Notes: a model not told the origin generated them from the letters alone. Counted from the stretch's first letter, positions 28,119 through 38,485 are shown. The stretch: 64,000 nt of DNA from Firmicutes bacterium ADurb.Bin182 (GCA_002070205.1 MWCU01000032.1:15123-79122); one strand, 5' to 3'. Numbers and translations: made by a program.

Positions 28119-31085
28119 TCAATAGGACGCGCCGAACAGCTCGTTGCATTCGGAGTCCGTCAGATTGAAGTATGCTTTTGTGTGCGCAATGAAATACGAG
28201 GGGCGGTTTAGCGCAAATTCGCGCAGCCTGTCCACGCTTTTTTTCCAGCCCGCATAGGACATCCCTTCCCACTTCTCGGTATCGCGCTTCATTTCCTCAT
28301 CGATTGCGGCCTCGCACTCGTTAACTCTCGCGATCACTTTCTCCGGCGCGAACACTTTGTTGACCATATCGGAGCAAGCCTTAAGGAATATCTTTTCAAA
28401 CTCAGGATTTTTAAGAAGCGCCTTAATGAGCTTGTTGGAGAACCCGCCTCCGACTCCGTGGCCTTTCTCCGAAAAATATTTCTCCATTGCGTTCCATTGA
28501 TAGCCGACTGTACTGCTCGAATTCATCGCCCAGCAAAAGTCGTATGTGATCCATTGCCATTTGCGGCCGGGAGCACGCCAATATTTGATGTTGCCGGAAT
28601 CGGTATTGCCGACGTATATTTCCATGGCGGTATACTCGGCAAGATTTTTTACATCCACAAGCGAGCTTATATAATCATAATGCTCCTTTTGTGAAAGATC
28701 GTGCGAAGTCGCGTATTCGAGCATTTCCTTATAAGCCGTGTTGGCGCCGCTCAAAGCGGTGCCGTTTCCGACAAGAAGGTCGATGGTATCGGGATCGGAT
28801 ATCCCGTAATGCTGGGCAAGAAAATACTTGTTGATCTTCTCGCGAAGATTATAAACGCCCCAGTACTTGCCGTTGAGATAAACCACACACTGGCGGTAAG
28901 CCTGAACGACAAGGTCGGTCGAATCGCCGACGAGGCTCGTAATCACGATATCCCGCATGCGCGTTATTGTGCTGTCCTGACCGGAAGCCCGAAGCACAAC
29001 GGATTTATATGAATCAAACTCCCTGTCGTCAAACAGAGGATAATCGATGGCAGATCCGCCGTAGCCGGCTCTCGCCACGATCGCAAACGCTTTTTGCTCT
29101 TTGCCCCGCGAATAGTCGCCGAATATCCTGAAAATCGCGTCCCGGCCTATCTCCAAATTGCCGTCCTCGCCGATCACGTCAAAATAAACAGGCCTTTCCC
29201 ATTCCATAAAAAAGTTGGCTTTATATTCGTTCGTTTTATACGGATATTCGGCGTCCGCAGGCACCTGCGGCCCGAGCGTATATATGCCGGTGTGTTCGTC
29301 CCATAAATTCGGCGGATCCGTAACCAAACTGACAACGGGAAGCGTATGGGGACTGTCTATAAGATAAGTTGCGGTCGCTATATCGCCCGCGTACAGCCCG
29401 TCTTTAAATGTCCTTACCCTTAAAACGGAAGTTTTGTCGATTGTGATCGGTCCGCTGACAGCCGGGTCGTCCTTCTGAGGAACGCTTCCGTCCAGGGTGA
29501 ACGTTGCAAGGCAGCCGTCCGGCACATCCACAAAAACCTCCTGCGGGCCCGAATATGCTCCGGCCTCGAGGTTTATCAGCGGTTTCGGAGCGTAGCCCGG
29601 CAAACCGTTGCTGTTAGGTTCTCCCGGGGTAGGGGCGGAGTAGTAAAGGGGTATCCCGTCCGTCCTCCCGTAGGACACGTCGGCGCGCGATTGTCCGAGC
29701 TGCAGCTTGTCCAGACACTTTCCGTCTTTGTCGAACAGAAGCAATATATCTCCGTCCGCGGACAGCTTAAAATTGGTCTCCAAATATTTTTTTTTTGTAT
29801 CCTTTACATCGTTGCCGGAGGCGAGGACAATCAGGTATTCGCCCGGTCCGATTTCCTTTGCGGGGAACACCCATTTGGCGGGGTTGTTCGGATTGTCGGT
29901 GAGGGCGAATCCCTCAAGCGAAACTGCTTCGGCTCCCTTGTTGTGCAACTCTATAAAATCATAAAATTCGCCGTTTTCGGCTTTCAGATAAGTATAGTTC
30001 GCGGTAAGGACCTCGCTTATGTATACGTCTCCAAGCGCGCTCATATTGGTTGCCTGAAACAGGTTAAAGCCCTCCTCGGTATTCGGATAGCCGGGGGTCG
30101 GGCGGGCGGATTCCTCAAAATCGCCCGTGCCGTCGGGCTGACGCGCAATCGACCTGTCGTTTTGCTGCCTTAAAAAATCAACGCTGTTCACGATTCTGCC
30201 GTTCGGCGCGCACAGCACCGCCGATTCCTCATACGCCCTGAGCGAAAACGAAGCGTGGAGCTGGTCATCGACCGTAGTCTGGCCGGAGCAGAACACCAAA
30301 AGGAAGCCTTTTCCGGGTATTTTTGTTCCTTCGGGAAAAGTCCAGCGCATGGGGCGGCCGGTATCATCCGAAAGGCCGAAACCGGAGAGGTCGAATTCAG
30401 CCCCGTTCGAGTTGTAAAGCTCGATCCAATCCGAATATACTCCGTATTCGTCCATTATGGTGGTGCTGTTTGACGCCATTACCTCGTTTATGAAAACGCC
30501 GACATCAGCACCGGAAAGAAGCGTTGCCTCAAACGCGGCGGCTCCCTCGGCCGTATTTTCAAAGCCCGGGGAAGGTGACATTTCTTCCCATGAGCCGTTC
30601 ACCAATGACAGGGACTTTCCGGACGCGACTGCTTTGAGACCGATGGTGCTGATGGGATTGCCCATTGTGTCGGAAAAAATCAAATCGTCAGCGGCGGATA
30701 GCTTGAACCCCGTATGCATCGGGCCGTCGTTAGCATTCCCCGAGCAGTATACGATAAGGTAACCGTGCGGCTTTATTATGCTGCCCTCGGGGAATACCCA
30801 CTTGACGCCTTTGAGTATGTCGTCGGATAAACCGTATGCGGATATATCAACTTCTTTGGATGTGGTATTGTAGAATTCGACCCAGTCCGGATAATTGCCG
30901 TTGCCGTCGGGAACCGCGCCCTTGTTCGAGGTCATGATCTCGTTGATTACCACGCCCGACTCCGTGGATTCGGGCAAAGGCACATTTGAAGAAGTAAATA
31001 TATATATCAGCGCAGCAGTCAGGCAGACGGCAAGCAGCAGTACCGATATGAACGAGCCTCTTTTCATGCGGTTCCTCCTTTGCAT
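28119..31085 (-). CDS. CotH-family (atypical kinase) protein with three lamin-tail domains; secreted or membrane anchored
   Basis: N-terminal signal/anchor. Three LTD-like repeats (VVINEIMTSN..DWVEFYN, VFINEVMASN..DWIELYN, VYISEVLTAN..DFIELHN). The C-terminal roughly 450 aa is CotH-like. Confidence 0.7.
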   Translation of the reverse strand: MQRRNRMKRGSFISVLLLAVCLTAALIYIFTSSNVPLPESTESGVVINEIMTSNKGAVPDGNGNYPDWVEFYNTTSKEVDISAYGLSDDILKGVKWVFPEGSIIKPHGYLIVYCSGNANDGPMHTGFKLSAADDLIFSDTMGNPISTIGLKAVASGKSLSLVNGSWEEMSPSPGFENTAEGAAAFEATLLSGADVGVFINEVMASNSTTIMDEYGVYSDWIELYNSNGAEFDLSGFGLSDDTGRPMRWTFPEGTKIPGKGFLLVFCSGQTTVDDQLHASFSLRAYEESAVLCAPNGRIVNSVDFLRQQNDRSIARQPDGTGDFEESARPTPGYPNTEEGFNLFQATNMSALGDVYISEVLTANYTYLKAENGEFYDFIELHNKGAEAVSLEGFALTDNPNNPAKWVFPAKEIGPGEYLIVLASGNDVKDTKKKYLETNFKLSADGDILLLFDKDGKCLDKLQLGQSRADVSYGRTDGIPLYYSAPTPGEPNSNGLPGYAPKPLINLEAGAYSGPQEVFVDVPDGCLATFTLDGSVPQKDDPAVSGPITIDKTSVLRVRTFKDGLYAGDIATATYLIDSPHTLPVVSLVTDPPNLWDEHTGIYTLGPQVPADAEYPYKTNEYKANFFMEWERPVYFDVIGEDGNLEIGRDAIFRIFGDYSRGKEQKAFAIVARAGYGGSAIDYPLFDDREFDSYKSVVLRASGQDSTITRMRDIVITSLVGDSTDLVVQAYRQCVVYLNGKYWGVYNLREKINKYFLAQHYGISDPDTIDLLVGNGTALSGANTAYKEMLEYATSHDLSQKEHYDYISSLVDVKNLAEYTAMEIYVGNTDSGNIKYWRAPGRKWQWITYDFCWAMNSSSTVGYQWNAMEKYFSEKGHGVGGGFSNKLIKALLKNPEFEKIFLKACSDMVNKVFAPEKVIARVNECEAAIDEEMKRDTEKWEGMSYAGWKKSVDRLREFALNRPSYFIAHTKAYFNLTDSECNELFGASY

Positions 31086-31202
31086 TCTGTTTTAGTCTAT
31101 CATAACGCTCATGCTAAAAAAAGCAAGTAATATAAATTTTACAAATCAAGATTATAAAGGCGATGAAGATTGCCGGGCATGAATCATATATGCATGTAAA
31201 CA

Positions 31203-31240
31203 TTCAAAAGCCGGCGGCGCCGCATACGATGCGGCGCCGC
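31203..31240 (-). terminator. Intrinsic terminator downstream of gdhA
   Basis: GCGGCGCCGCAT-acg-ATGCGGCGCCGC 12-bp stem, followed on the minus strand by a CTTTTG run. Confidence 0.6.
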
Positions 31241-31269
31241 TTCGAAAATACAAGGTTTATCTCATTTGC

Positions 31270-32616
31270 TTACACTATGCCCTGCGCTATCATCGCGTCC
31301 GCGACTTTCTTGAATCCCGCAAGATTGGCTCCTGCAACAAGGTCATAACCAAGGCCATACTCGGCGGCCGCCTGCTCGGAAGCGTCGTGGATATTCTTCA
31401 TTATGGCTTTCAGCTTGGAGTCAACCTCCTCCGCGGTCCAGGAATAACGCATCGAGTTTTGGCTCATCTCAAGCGCGGATGTCGCAACGCCTCCTGCGTT
31501 TACAGCCTTTGAGGGAGCTACGACAAGGCCGCTCTGCTGCAGATAGGAAAGCGCTTCGTTGGTCGTGGGCATATTTGAAACTTCGATATAATACTTCGTT
31601 CCGTTTGCCACGATCTTTTTCGCTTCTTCCATATCGACTTCATTCTGTGTAGCGCACGGCATCGCGACGTCGACTTTGACTTCCCAGGGCTTGGCTTTGG
31701 GAACGAACTTGCACCCGAATTTATCCGAATAGTCCTGCACCCTGTCACGGCCGGAGTTGCGCATTACGAGCAAATAATCGATCTTATCCTGCGTATTGAT
31801 CCCGTCGGGATCGTAAATATAGCCGTCGGGCCCGGACAAAGTTACGACCTTGCCGCCGAGCTCCGTAATCTTCGTCACCGCGCCCCAGGCAACGTTGCCG
31901 AAGCCGGAAAGCGCGAACGTCTTCCCGGAGAAGGAATCGTTTTCATGCTTAAATACTTCTCCGACGTAATATGTCGCGCCGAAGCCGGTAGCTTCCGGCC
32001 TGATAAGGCTTCCGCCGTAGCTCAGGCCTTTACCCGTCAGCACGCCGTTTTCATATGCGCCGACGATCCTTTTATACTGGCCGAAAAGGTAGCCGATCTC
32101 TCTGCCGCCGACGCCTATATCGCCTGCGGGAACGTCCACATCAGGACCGATGTGGCGATATAATTCGGTCATAAACGCCTGGCAGAAACGCATGATTTCG
32201 CTGTCGCTCCTGCCCCTCGGGTCAAAGTCGCTTCCGCCCTTGCCGCCTCCTATCGGAAGGCCCGTGAGGCTGTTTTTGAATGTCTGCTCAAAGCCGAGGA
32301 ACTTCATAATACTGAGATTTACGGACGGATGAAACCTGAGACCTCCCTTGTAAGGACCGATCGCGCTGTTGAACTGGACCCTGTATCCGCGGTTGACGTT
32401 CACCTTTCCGGCGTCATCCGTCCAGCATACGCGAAACTCTATGACGCGTTCCGGCTCGACCAAACGCTCGAACAAAGAAATTTTCTGATATTCCGGATGT
32501 TTGTCCACGACAAGATCGAGCGATTTGAACACTTCTTCGACGGTCTGTAAAAATTCCGGTTCATTCGCGTCGCGCTTTTTGACGTTGTTCAATACATCCT
32601 GCAAATAGGCATTCAT
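31270..32616 (-). CDS. gdhA: NADP-specific glutamate dehydrogenase
   Basis: MNAYLQDVL...EPEFLQTV..., KGGLRFHP and GGGKGGSDFDP motifs. The ATG at 32616 has a GGAGGA RBS. Confidence 0.9.
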   Translation of the reverse strand: MNAYLQDVLNNVKKRDANEPEFLQTVEEVFKSLDLVVDKHPEYQKISLFERLVEPERVIEFRVCWTDDAGKVNVNRGYRVQFNSAIGPYKGGLRFHPSVNLSIMKFLGFEQTFKNSLTGLPIGGGKGGSDFDPRGRSDSEIMRFCQAFMTELYRHIGPDVDVPAGDIGVGGREIGYLFGQYKRIVGAYENGVLTGKGLSYGGSLIRPEATGFGATYYVGEVFKHENDSFSGKTFALSGFGNVAWGAVTKITELGGKVVTLSGPDGYIYDPDGINTQDKIDYLLVMRNSGRDRVQDYSDKFGCKFVPKAKPWEVKVDVAMPCATQNEVDMEEAKKIVANGTKYYIEVSNMPTTNEALSYLQQSGLVVAPSKAVNAGGVATSALEMSQNSMRYSWTAEEVDSKLKAIMKNIHDASEQAAAEYGLGYDLVAGANLAGFKKVADAMIAQGIV

Positions 32617-32875
32617 GATAAATTCCTCCGAAAAGTAATATTTGAAATGACGGAAACCCTGCAATGCTTATGATAGTATTGAAAAATTAGGATGTCAATA
32701 GAATATTGCCAAATATACAAAACGGAAAAAAGAACCCCGCTTCCTTATTAAAAAATATTATTATTTATGCTTTTTCGCCGCGGGGCGCAATGAAGGATTT
32801 GCTTCATTTTACGTTTTAACATTAATAAATCCGTTTGAAACACGGGCGCACGACACTCAACGCGAGAGGACGGCC

Positions 32876-33334
32876 TCATGTTTTTCTGTAGTAATCCCTC
32901 GCGCGATAATACTGGACCAAAAGCGCGCCGCCAAGCAGAAGCAAAGTCCATCCGGATATATTAACAAGCATATACATGCTGTCCGGCGTTTGAACGACGG
33001 CACGGGAAGGTTCTTCCGGGTCATAATAAACGGTCAAGACCGACCCTTCGGACAGATTTTGAGAATAATAATCGGCTGATACCGTGTATTTTCGGCCGCC
33101 CGCCTCATATTCCACAACGATTGACGGCTCCGTCGTTTCGCCGCCGCCTTTATCTATGCCGATAACCTTGCCTTTTACGGGCTTAGCCTGCGCAATAAAC
33201 CGGCTCGTTTCATCGGGGAATATTATCCCCGTCAGCAAAATCAGGCTCCCGAGAGCGAAAAGAACGATTGGGACAGCGATGGGTATTCGAGTCGGCGCTC
33301 TTTTTTTACGTTTGAATTGATCGAAAAAACCCAT
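32876..33334 (-). CDS. DUF3592-like small membrane protein
   Basis: An N-terminal TM helix, a beta-rich middle region, and a C-terminal TM helix. 152 aa. Confidence 0.45.
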   Translation of the reverse strand: MGFFDQFKRKKRAPTRIPIAVPIVLFALGSLILLTGIIFPDETSRFIAQAKPVKGKVIGIDKGGGETTEPSIVVEYEAGGRKYTVSADYYSQNLSEGSVLTVYYDPEEPSRAVVQTPDSMYMLVNISGWTLLLLGGALLVQYYRARDYYRKT

Positions 33335-33349
33335 TTTATTCTCCTTACT

Positions 33350-33895
33350 CTATGGCCGGAGGACCCTTCCCGGCCTTCTTTCGATATTGCGCGGCTCGCC
33401 GTCGGCAAAACCGAGCGCCGCCGAGCCGTAAACTATGTGGTCCTTCGGTATTTTGAACTCGTCAAAAAGGGCACGGACCAAAGGGGCGTCCGACGTATTC
33501 CGAGGCTGATTAATCCAGCAGGACGCTACGCCGAGCGAAGCCGCTGCCAGAAAAATATTTTGAAGAGCGCACGCGCAGTCCGAATTGCCGTTGAAGTTAT
33601 TCCTGTCCTCGCTTACAAGTATAAGCGTGGGCGCATTGTAAAAGCATACATAATCGTCCGGAACGTCCCGCTTTTCGCAGCACTCACCGCGGCGAAAGGC
33701 TTCCCGGACGGCATCGCCGAGCCTTTTTAAGTTCTCGCCCTGAAGGACCGTGAAAATGCAACCCTGCCTGTTGTTTCCGGTAGGCGCGTAAAGTCCCGCT
33801 TCAAGTATCAGCTGAAGCTGCTCTTCCGATATCTGCTCCTTTTTGAACTGCTTGAAGCTTCGTCTTTGTCTGATGTTTTCAAGAACCGGGTTCAT
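33350..33895 (-). CDS. Nitroreductase family protein
   Basis: IRQRRSFKQFK...APTGNNRQ N-terminal motif. Confidence 0.75.
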   Translation of the reverse strand: MNPVLENIRQRRSFKQFKKEQISEEQLQLILEAGLYAPTGNNRQGCIFTVLQGENLKRLGDAVREAFRRGECCEKRDVPDDYVCFYNAPTLILVSEDRNNFNGNSDCACALQNIFLAAASLGVASCWINQPRNTSDAPLVRALFDEFKIPKDHIVYGSAALGFADGEPRNIERRPGRVLRP

Positions 33896-34742
33896 AGCTT
33901 CTTCCCTCCAAAAGCGACGGATCTATCTCTCCGTCAAATACGGCTTCGGCAGGCCCGGACATAGTAACCCTGCCGTCGTCAAGCCATTCGATATTAAGAA
34001 TGCCGAGTTTAAGATGAGCATCGACTTTTCGTCCCGTCAGCCCCGACAGAGCGCACGCTACCGCGGACGCCGACGTGCCGGTTCCGCAGGCAAGCGTCGC
34101 TCCGCATCCTCTTTCGAATGTTCGGACCTCAATGCTGTGTTCGTCCGTTACATGCACAAAATTGACGTTGGTGCCTTTGGGGAAAAGTTCGTTCTGCTCG
34201 ATATCCCGCCCGTAACGGACGATATCCTCATTCCGGACGTCCTGAACGAACACGACGGTATGCGGAACGCCGAGGAGCATCGAAGTCGCTTTGAACGTTT
34301 TATTAAGAACCTTTAATTCCTGCATGATGAACGTCCCTCTTCCCGTCATGGGAATATCCGCTCTGTCGAACGAAGGTTTTCCCATGTCGACCGTTATTCC
34401 GGTTACCGTACCCGCGCTTATCGTGAGCTTCGGCCGCATCACGCCCGCAAGCGTTTCAACTTCAAATTCCGGTTTGTTAACGATACCGCGCTCATAAACG
34501 TACTTTGAAAAAACCCTTATTCCGTTTCCGCACATCTCGGCTTCGGATCCGTCCGAATTGATGATCCGCATCCGCGTATCGCATATGTTTGAATTGCATA
34601 CGGCGATAAGTCCGTCGGCGCCTATTCCCGTCCGCCTGCCGCACAAGAGTTTCGCTGTCCGCGAATAATCATTCCTTTCATCCCGCCGGGCGTCAAAAAC
34701 GATAAAATCGTTGCCAAGCCCATGCATCTTCGTGAACCTCAT
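33879..34742 (-). CDS. dapF: Diaminopimelate epimerase
   Basis: MRFTKMHGLGNDFIVFD plus the two catalytic Cys contexts (EMCGNG, GTGTSASA). Confidence 0.9.
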   Translation of the reverse strand: MRFTKMHGLGNDFIVFDARRDERNDYSRTAKLLCGRRTGIGADGLIAVCNSNICDTRMRIINSDGSEAEMCGNGIRVFSKYVYERGIVNKPEFEVETLAGVMRPKLTISAGTVTGITVDMGKPSFDRADIPMTGRGTFIMQELKVLNKTFKATSMLLGVPHTVVFVQDVRNEDIVRYGRDIEQNELFPKGTNVNFVHVTDEHSIEVRTFERGCGATLACGTGTSASAVACALSGLTGRKVDAHLKLGILNIEWLDDGRVTMSGPAEAVFDGEIDPSLLEGRSYEPGS

Positions 34743-34954
34743 AACCCGTCACCGCCCTTTTTTCCCATTATACACCTGTGCCGGGATCGGCGCAACGAAA
34801 CCGGGTAAAGCGGCCGCCGTCACGTTAATAAACTATGTCTTTCTGTACAAATTCCTTAATTTAGGCTATTATTATAAATATTAAGCATGCGGTTAAAGCC
34901 CCGGAACGGTCCGGAGCTCAGACCGCGGTATTTTACGGATGAAATGGGAGTCGC

Positions 34955-35842
34955 ATGGACAGATACTTTTTTATAATCAACCCGGTAGCGGGCACCGGCA
35001 AAGCTTCCAAGGCCTTTGACCTTATCGAAAGCGAGCTTAAGGAAAGAAACATCGACTACGATTACGCCGTTTCCCTTTATGCGGGTCACACCGTAGAACT
35101 TACAAAAACCGCGCTTGAAAACGGTGAGAAGTGCATCGTATCCGTGGGAGGTGACGGTACTCTTCGAGAGATTGCCGGAGCGATGGCAGGGTCGGGGGCA
35201 ACGCTCGGCATAGTGCCCTGCGGAACAGGCAATGACTTTGCTAAAGCTCTGGGCATTCGCCCCAACGACGCGTCGTTCGCCCTTAAAACGCTTCTTTCGG
35301 GCCGGCCGAAACGGGTGGATGCCGGAATGGCAAACGAAGAATTTTTTATAAACGTATCCGGATTCGGCTTTGACGCCGACGTGATCGCAAATACCGAAAA
35401 ATTCAAAAAGAAGCTCAACGGAATGCTTCCTTACATGATGGGCATTATACAATCCCTCATCAAACTGCGCACGCTTGACCTCACGATAACCGCGAACGGG
35501 CAAACGATGAGCCAAAAAGCTATTATGATCGCCGTTGCAAACGGCACGCATTACGGCGGCGGCATGAATGTTGCTCCTTTCGCCGACCCTTCCGACGGAA
35601 TGCTGGATATATATATCGTTAAAGCCGTATCGAAACTTACTTTCTTAGCTCTGCTTCCGAAATTCATCCGGGGAAAGCATACGAAGCTCCGCCAAATAAT
35701 CTATTTTAGGGCTTCCGAGGTTTCCGTCGACTGCAAGCAGCATTCACTCATCAATCTGGACGGAAGTCTCGGTTCCAAGACGCCCGCATCCTTCAAAATT
35801 TTGAAGGACGCGCTGGAAGTTATGGTTCCGGGGGAACAATGA
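34955..35842 (+). CDS. Diacylglycerol/lipid kinase (YegS/DagK family)
   Basis: FFIINPVAGTGKA and GGDGTLREI motifs. Confidence 0.8.
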   Translation: MDRYFFIINPVAGTGKASKAFDLIESELKERNIDYDYAVSLYAGHTVELTKTALENGEKCIVSVGGDGTLREIAGAMAGSGATLGIVPCGTGNDFAKALGIRPNDASFALKTLLSGRPKRVDAGMANEEFFINVSGFGFDADVIANTEKFKKKLNGMLPYMMGIIQSLIKLRTLDLTITANGQTMSQKAIMIAVANGTHYGGGMNVAPFADPSDGMLDIYIVKAVSKLTFLALLPKFIRGKHTKLRQIIYFRASEVSVDCKQHSLINLDGSLGSKTPASFKILKDALEVMVPGEQ

Positions 35843-36945
35843 TAAGAAGAAAGCTGAAAGTTAAGAACAAAACAAGGGCCGTACGCCGAATAGGACTGCT
35901 CGTGCTGGCGCTTGTTCTTGCAGCCGGCGCCGTTACCGCGGCCGTATTGCTGCTGAGATCGGCCGGAACGTTTTCTTCGTTAAAGGAGTTGCCGTTTACG
36001 GCCGAATCGGTATACGAATATACCGGAACCGGGTTTTTGTATGTCGAGAATAAAAAATTATTTTATTGCGATAACAACGACGAAAAAAAGAATTATTCGG
36101 TCGAACTTTCCGCACCCGATGTTATGCTTGCGGGGTCGCCGTCCATAACGGCCGTATACAACGGCTACGCTATGCAAATAGTCGGAGCAGAGTATCCTAT
36201 CGAATTTTCGGGACAGGTGAGAAAAGTAAGGTGCGGCGGGGAGTTTGTCGCGGTGCTCAAATCCGAAAACGGAGCAGAAACGCTTCAGATATTCAACGGC
36301 AGCGGTACGCAGGTCGACCAGATATCGTTCGAAAGCTCGTTTTTGATAGATTTCGGCTTTTATACATCCGAAAGCGAAATTTTATGGACTTTATCGATGG
36401 AAACTTCGGGCTCGGAACCGATTTCAACGATCACGACCTATGATTTGACCAAATCCGCCACCACCGGAGTTATCAACATCCAAAGCCATTTGATCGAAGA
36501 GATAAAATACAGCCGCAACAGCCTGTTTGTAGCCGATACGAACCACCTGACAAGGTTTAATCCGGTAAGAAACAACGAAAGCTGGCGAATAATGATTTAC
36601 GGCTGGCGGCTCGCCGACAGCATAATTGCGGATAAACCGTATTTTTTGCTGATACCGCGCGGAGCAACCTCGCTCAGCACGGTTAAGCTGTTATCCGTAA
36701 AAGAGGGGGATATACCGGACGAAACCGAGTCGGTGATACACCTTCCCGTAAATACCGTCGGAGCTTATCTCTGCTCCGATAAGCTTATTGCCGTAACGCC
36801 GAATGAAATATTGACGCATAGCACAACAGGGAATGCTGAGGGTAAGGCCGCACTTGAAACAACCGTTGACCGGGCGGAAAAACTGGACTCTGCGCATATA
36901 TTGCTGCAAAGCGGCAGCAAACTGTTCATCGTAACGATAAAATAG
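35839..36945 (+). CDS. Hypothetical membrane-anchored protein
   Basis: 368-aa ORF with an N-terminal TM helix and a 4-nt overlap with the upstream gene. No motif was recognised. Confidence 0.45.
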   Translation: MIRRKLKVKNKTRAVRRIGLLVLALVLAAGAVTAAVLLLRSAGTFSSLKELPFTAESVYEYTGTGFLYVENKKLFYCDNNDEKKNYSVELSAPDVMLAGSPSITAVYNGYAMQIVGAEYPIEFSGQVRKVRCGGEFVAVLKSENGAETLQIFNGSGTQVDQISFESSFLIDFGFYTSESEILWTLSMETSGSEPISTITTYDLTKSATTGVINIQSHLIEEIKYSRNSLFVADTNHLTRFNPVRNNESWRIMIYGWRLADSIIADKPYFLLIPRGATSLSTVKLLSVKEGDIPDETESVIHLPVNTVGAYLCSDKLIAVTPNEILTHSTTGNAEGKAALETTVDRAEKLDSAHILLQSGSKLFIVTIK

Positions 36946-36954
36946 GAGAGCGCT

Positions 36955-37665
36955 ATGAATTTGCTTGATTTAGCCATACTTGCCGTATTCTTGTTGTTCG
37001 TATTGGCGGGCCTGTACCGGGGCTTTCTCTACAACGCATTTTGCATAGGCGCTTATATCATTTCGTGGATACTGGGGATGCTCCTTATGCCGGTCGCTGC
37101 AGATTACGTTAAAAACGATCACGATTTGATGAACATGATGCTCTACTACACGGAAGGCTCGGAAGCAATAAACGACGTCGAACTGTCCAGAATGAATATT
37201 TCTTTGGTAAGCTCCGATCAGCTCAACGAAATACTCGGCGCCGCCCAGCCTAAGGTCCCTTTCCCCATGGGCGAGAGGATCAGGGAAAATATAGCGAAGG
37301 AAGCCTTCAGCGGGGAGGGGATCACAACGCTGGGAGAATACTTCAACCAGACCATCGTATTGGTAGCTATCAATATAATAGTGTTTATTGCGATATTTAT
37401 GGCCGTAAGACTTTTGCTCGCTTTTATTCTGAACGGAGTGGACTATGTGTTTTCTTTGCCGGTTCTCAGGCACAGCGATGCGCTTATCGCCGTCAACTGC
37501 GGGCTGATCCGGGGCGTTTTAAGCCTGTTTTTGGCGTTTATGACAGTGCCCCTTATTCTGACCGTATTGCCTTTTGAGTTTATTCATACGCTCATAGAAG
37601 ATTCTCTTTTCGGACCCTTTTTCTATCATTCCAATTTCCTTTTGAGCCTGATACCGGGCGTGTAA
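36955..37665 (+). CDS. cvpA: CvpA-family membrane protein
   Basis: MNLLDLAILAVFLLFVLAGLYRGF is a typical CvpA N-terminus. Several TM helices. Confidence 0.6.
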   Translation: MNLLDLAILAVFLLFVLAGLYRGFLYNAFCIGAYIISWILGMLLMPVAADYVKNDHDLMNMMLYYTEGSEAINDVELSRMNISLVSSDQLNEILGAAQPKVPFPMGERIRENIAKEAFSGEGITTLGEYFNQTIVLVAINIIVFIAIFMAVRLLLAFILNGVDYVFSLPVLRHSDALIAVNCGLIRGVLSLFLAFMTVPLILTVLPFEFIHTLIEDSLFGPFFYHSNFLLSLIPGV

Positions 37666-37785
37666 TCAGGGGCTTGCGCCGCGGACGGTCCATCCGGGAT
37701 AAAGGGCGGGGGAATGACAGCGTACTCCGGCGGCAATGCCTGCAATTCGCCGCGGATAATATATTCTATATTGTGAAAAAAACTG

Positions 37786-37814
37786 TTGACTTTGTTAATT
37801 GTTTGTCATATATT
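37786..37814 (+). promoter_or_regulatory. Near-consensus sigma-A promoter with no adjacent CDS
   Basis: TTGACT (37786-37791), 17-nt spacer, TATATT (37809-37814). Confidence 0.5.
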
Positions 37815-38122
37815 CTATGAGGCAAAATTCGGAGCTGAAGGAAGTGCTGCAATGCAGAACAAAAAATTGGATATCCTCAACTGAATACTTTACCGGATCA
37901 GGGATGATCCACAATGACGAAGCAGCTTGAATATGTGCAAACATAACACGCGGCAGCGTGTTTTTTCATGCTTTTGCACAGGGGGAAGAAACGTTTCTTC
38001 CGGTTCCGCAGCTAATCGTTCTGCGGATTTTTTATGCCCGGGACCCGCCTTACAGGATAACGAAAGCGCATGCCCGGATAACGACGTCAAAAATAATTTT
38101 AAATATTTAAGGAGTGAGAATT

Positions 38123-38341
38123 ATGGAAACTTTTGAGAACACGGCGCTGAGATACTACTTGGCCAATTATCCGAATTTTACCGACGGAACCGTCCCGGCG
38201 GCCATTATGATTGCGGACGGGATGGCAAGAAGCTGTTGCGGCGGGAGCGGAACCGTGAAAAAGGCTGTCAAAAAAGCAGCGGCCGCAATACGGGATTCTC
38301 TTAACCGGTTCACGGCAAAAGCGACGAAAGCGGCCGAATGA
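38123..38341 (+). CDS. Small hypothetical protein (72 aa)
   Basis: AAGGAG RBS 7 nt before the ATG at 38123. No homology was recognised. Confidence 0.35.
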   Translation: METFENTALRYYLANYPNFTDGTVPAAIMIADGMARSCCGGSGTVKKAVKKAAAAIRDSLNRFTAKATKAAE

Positions 38342-38443
38342 TCAAAGCTGAAAAGAGCGGAGGCGGCTTTACGATCCGAAAACCCGGATATAACGAATAG
38401 GCTTAGGCCGTATGTATGCCGGAAATGAAAACTTCAACAGATT

Positions 38444-38485
38444 AAAAACACGCTCTCGGCGCATCCGCATCGAGAGCGTGTTTTA
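38444..38485. terminator. Bidirectional intrinsic terminator
   Basis: A5, ACACGCTCTCG, 12-nt loop, CGAGAGCGTGT, TTT. It sits between convergent genes. Confidence 0.7.

Noticed and set aside
37818-37931. 37-codon ORF starting 4 nt after the -10 box of the orphan promoter
   Set aside because: The ATG would lie upstream of or at the transcription start, and it has no RBS. The region is treated as a candidate non-coding RNA or leader instead.
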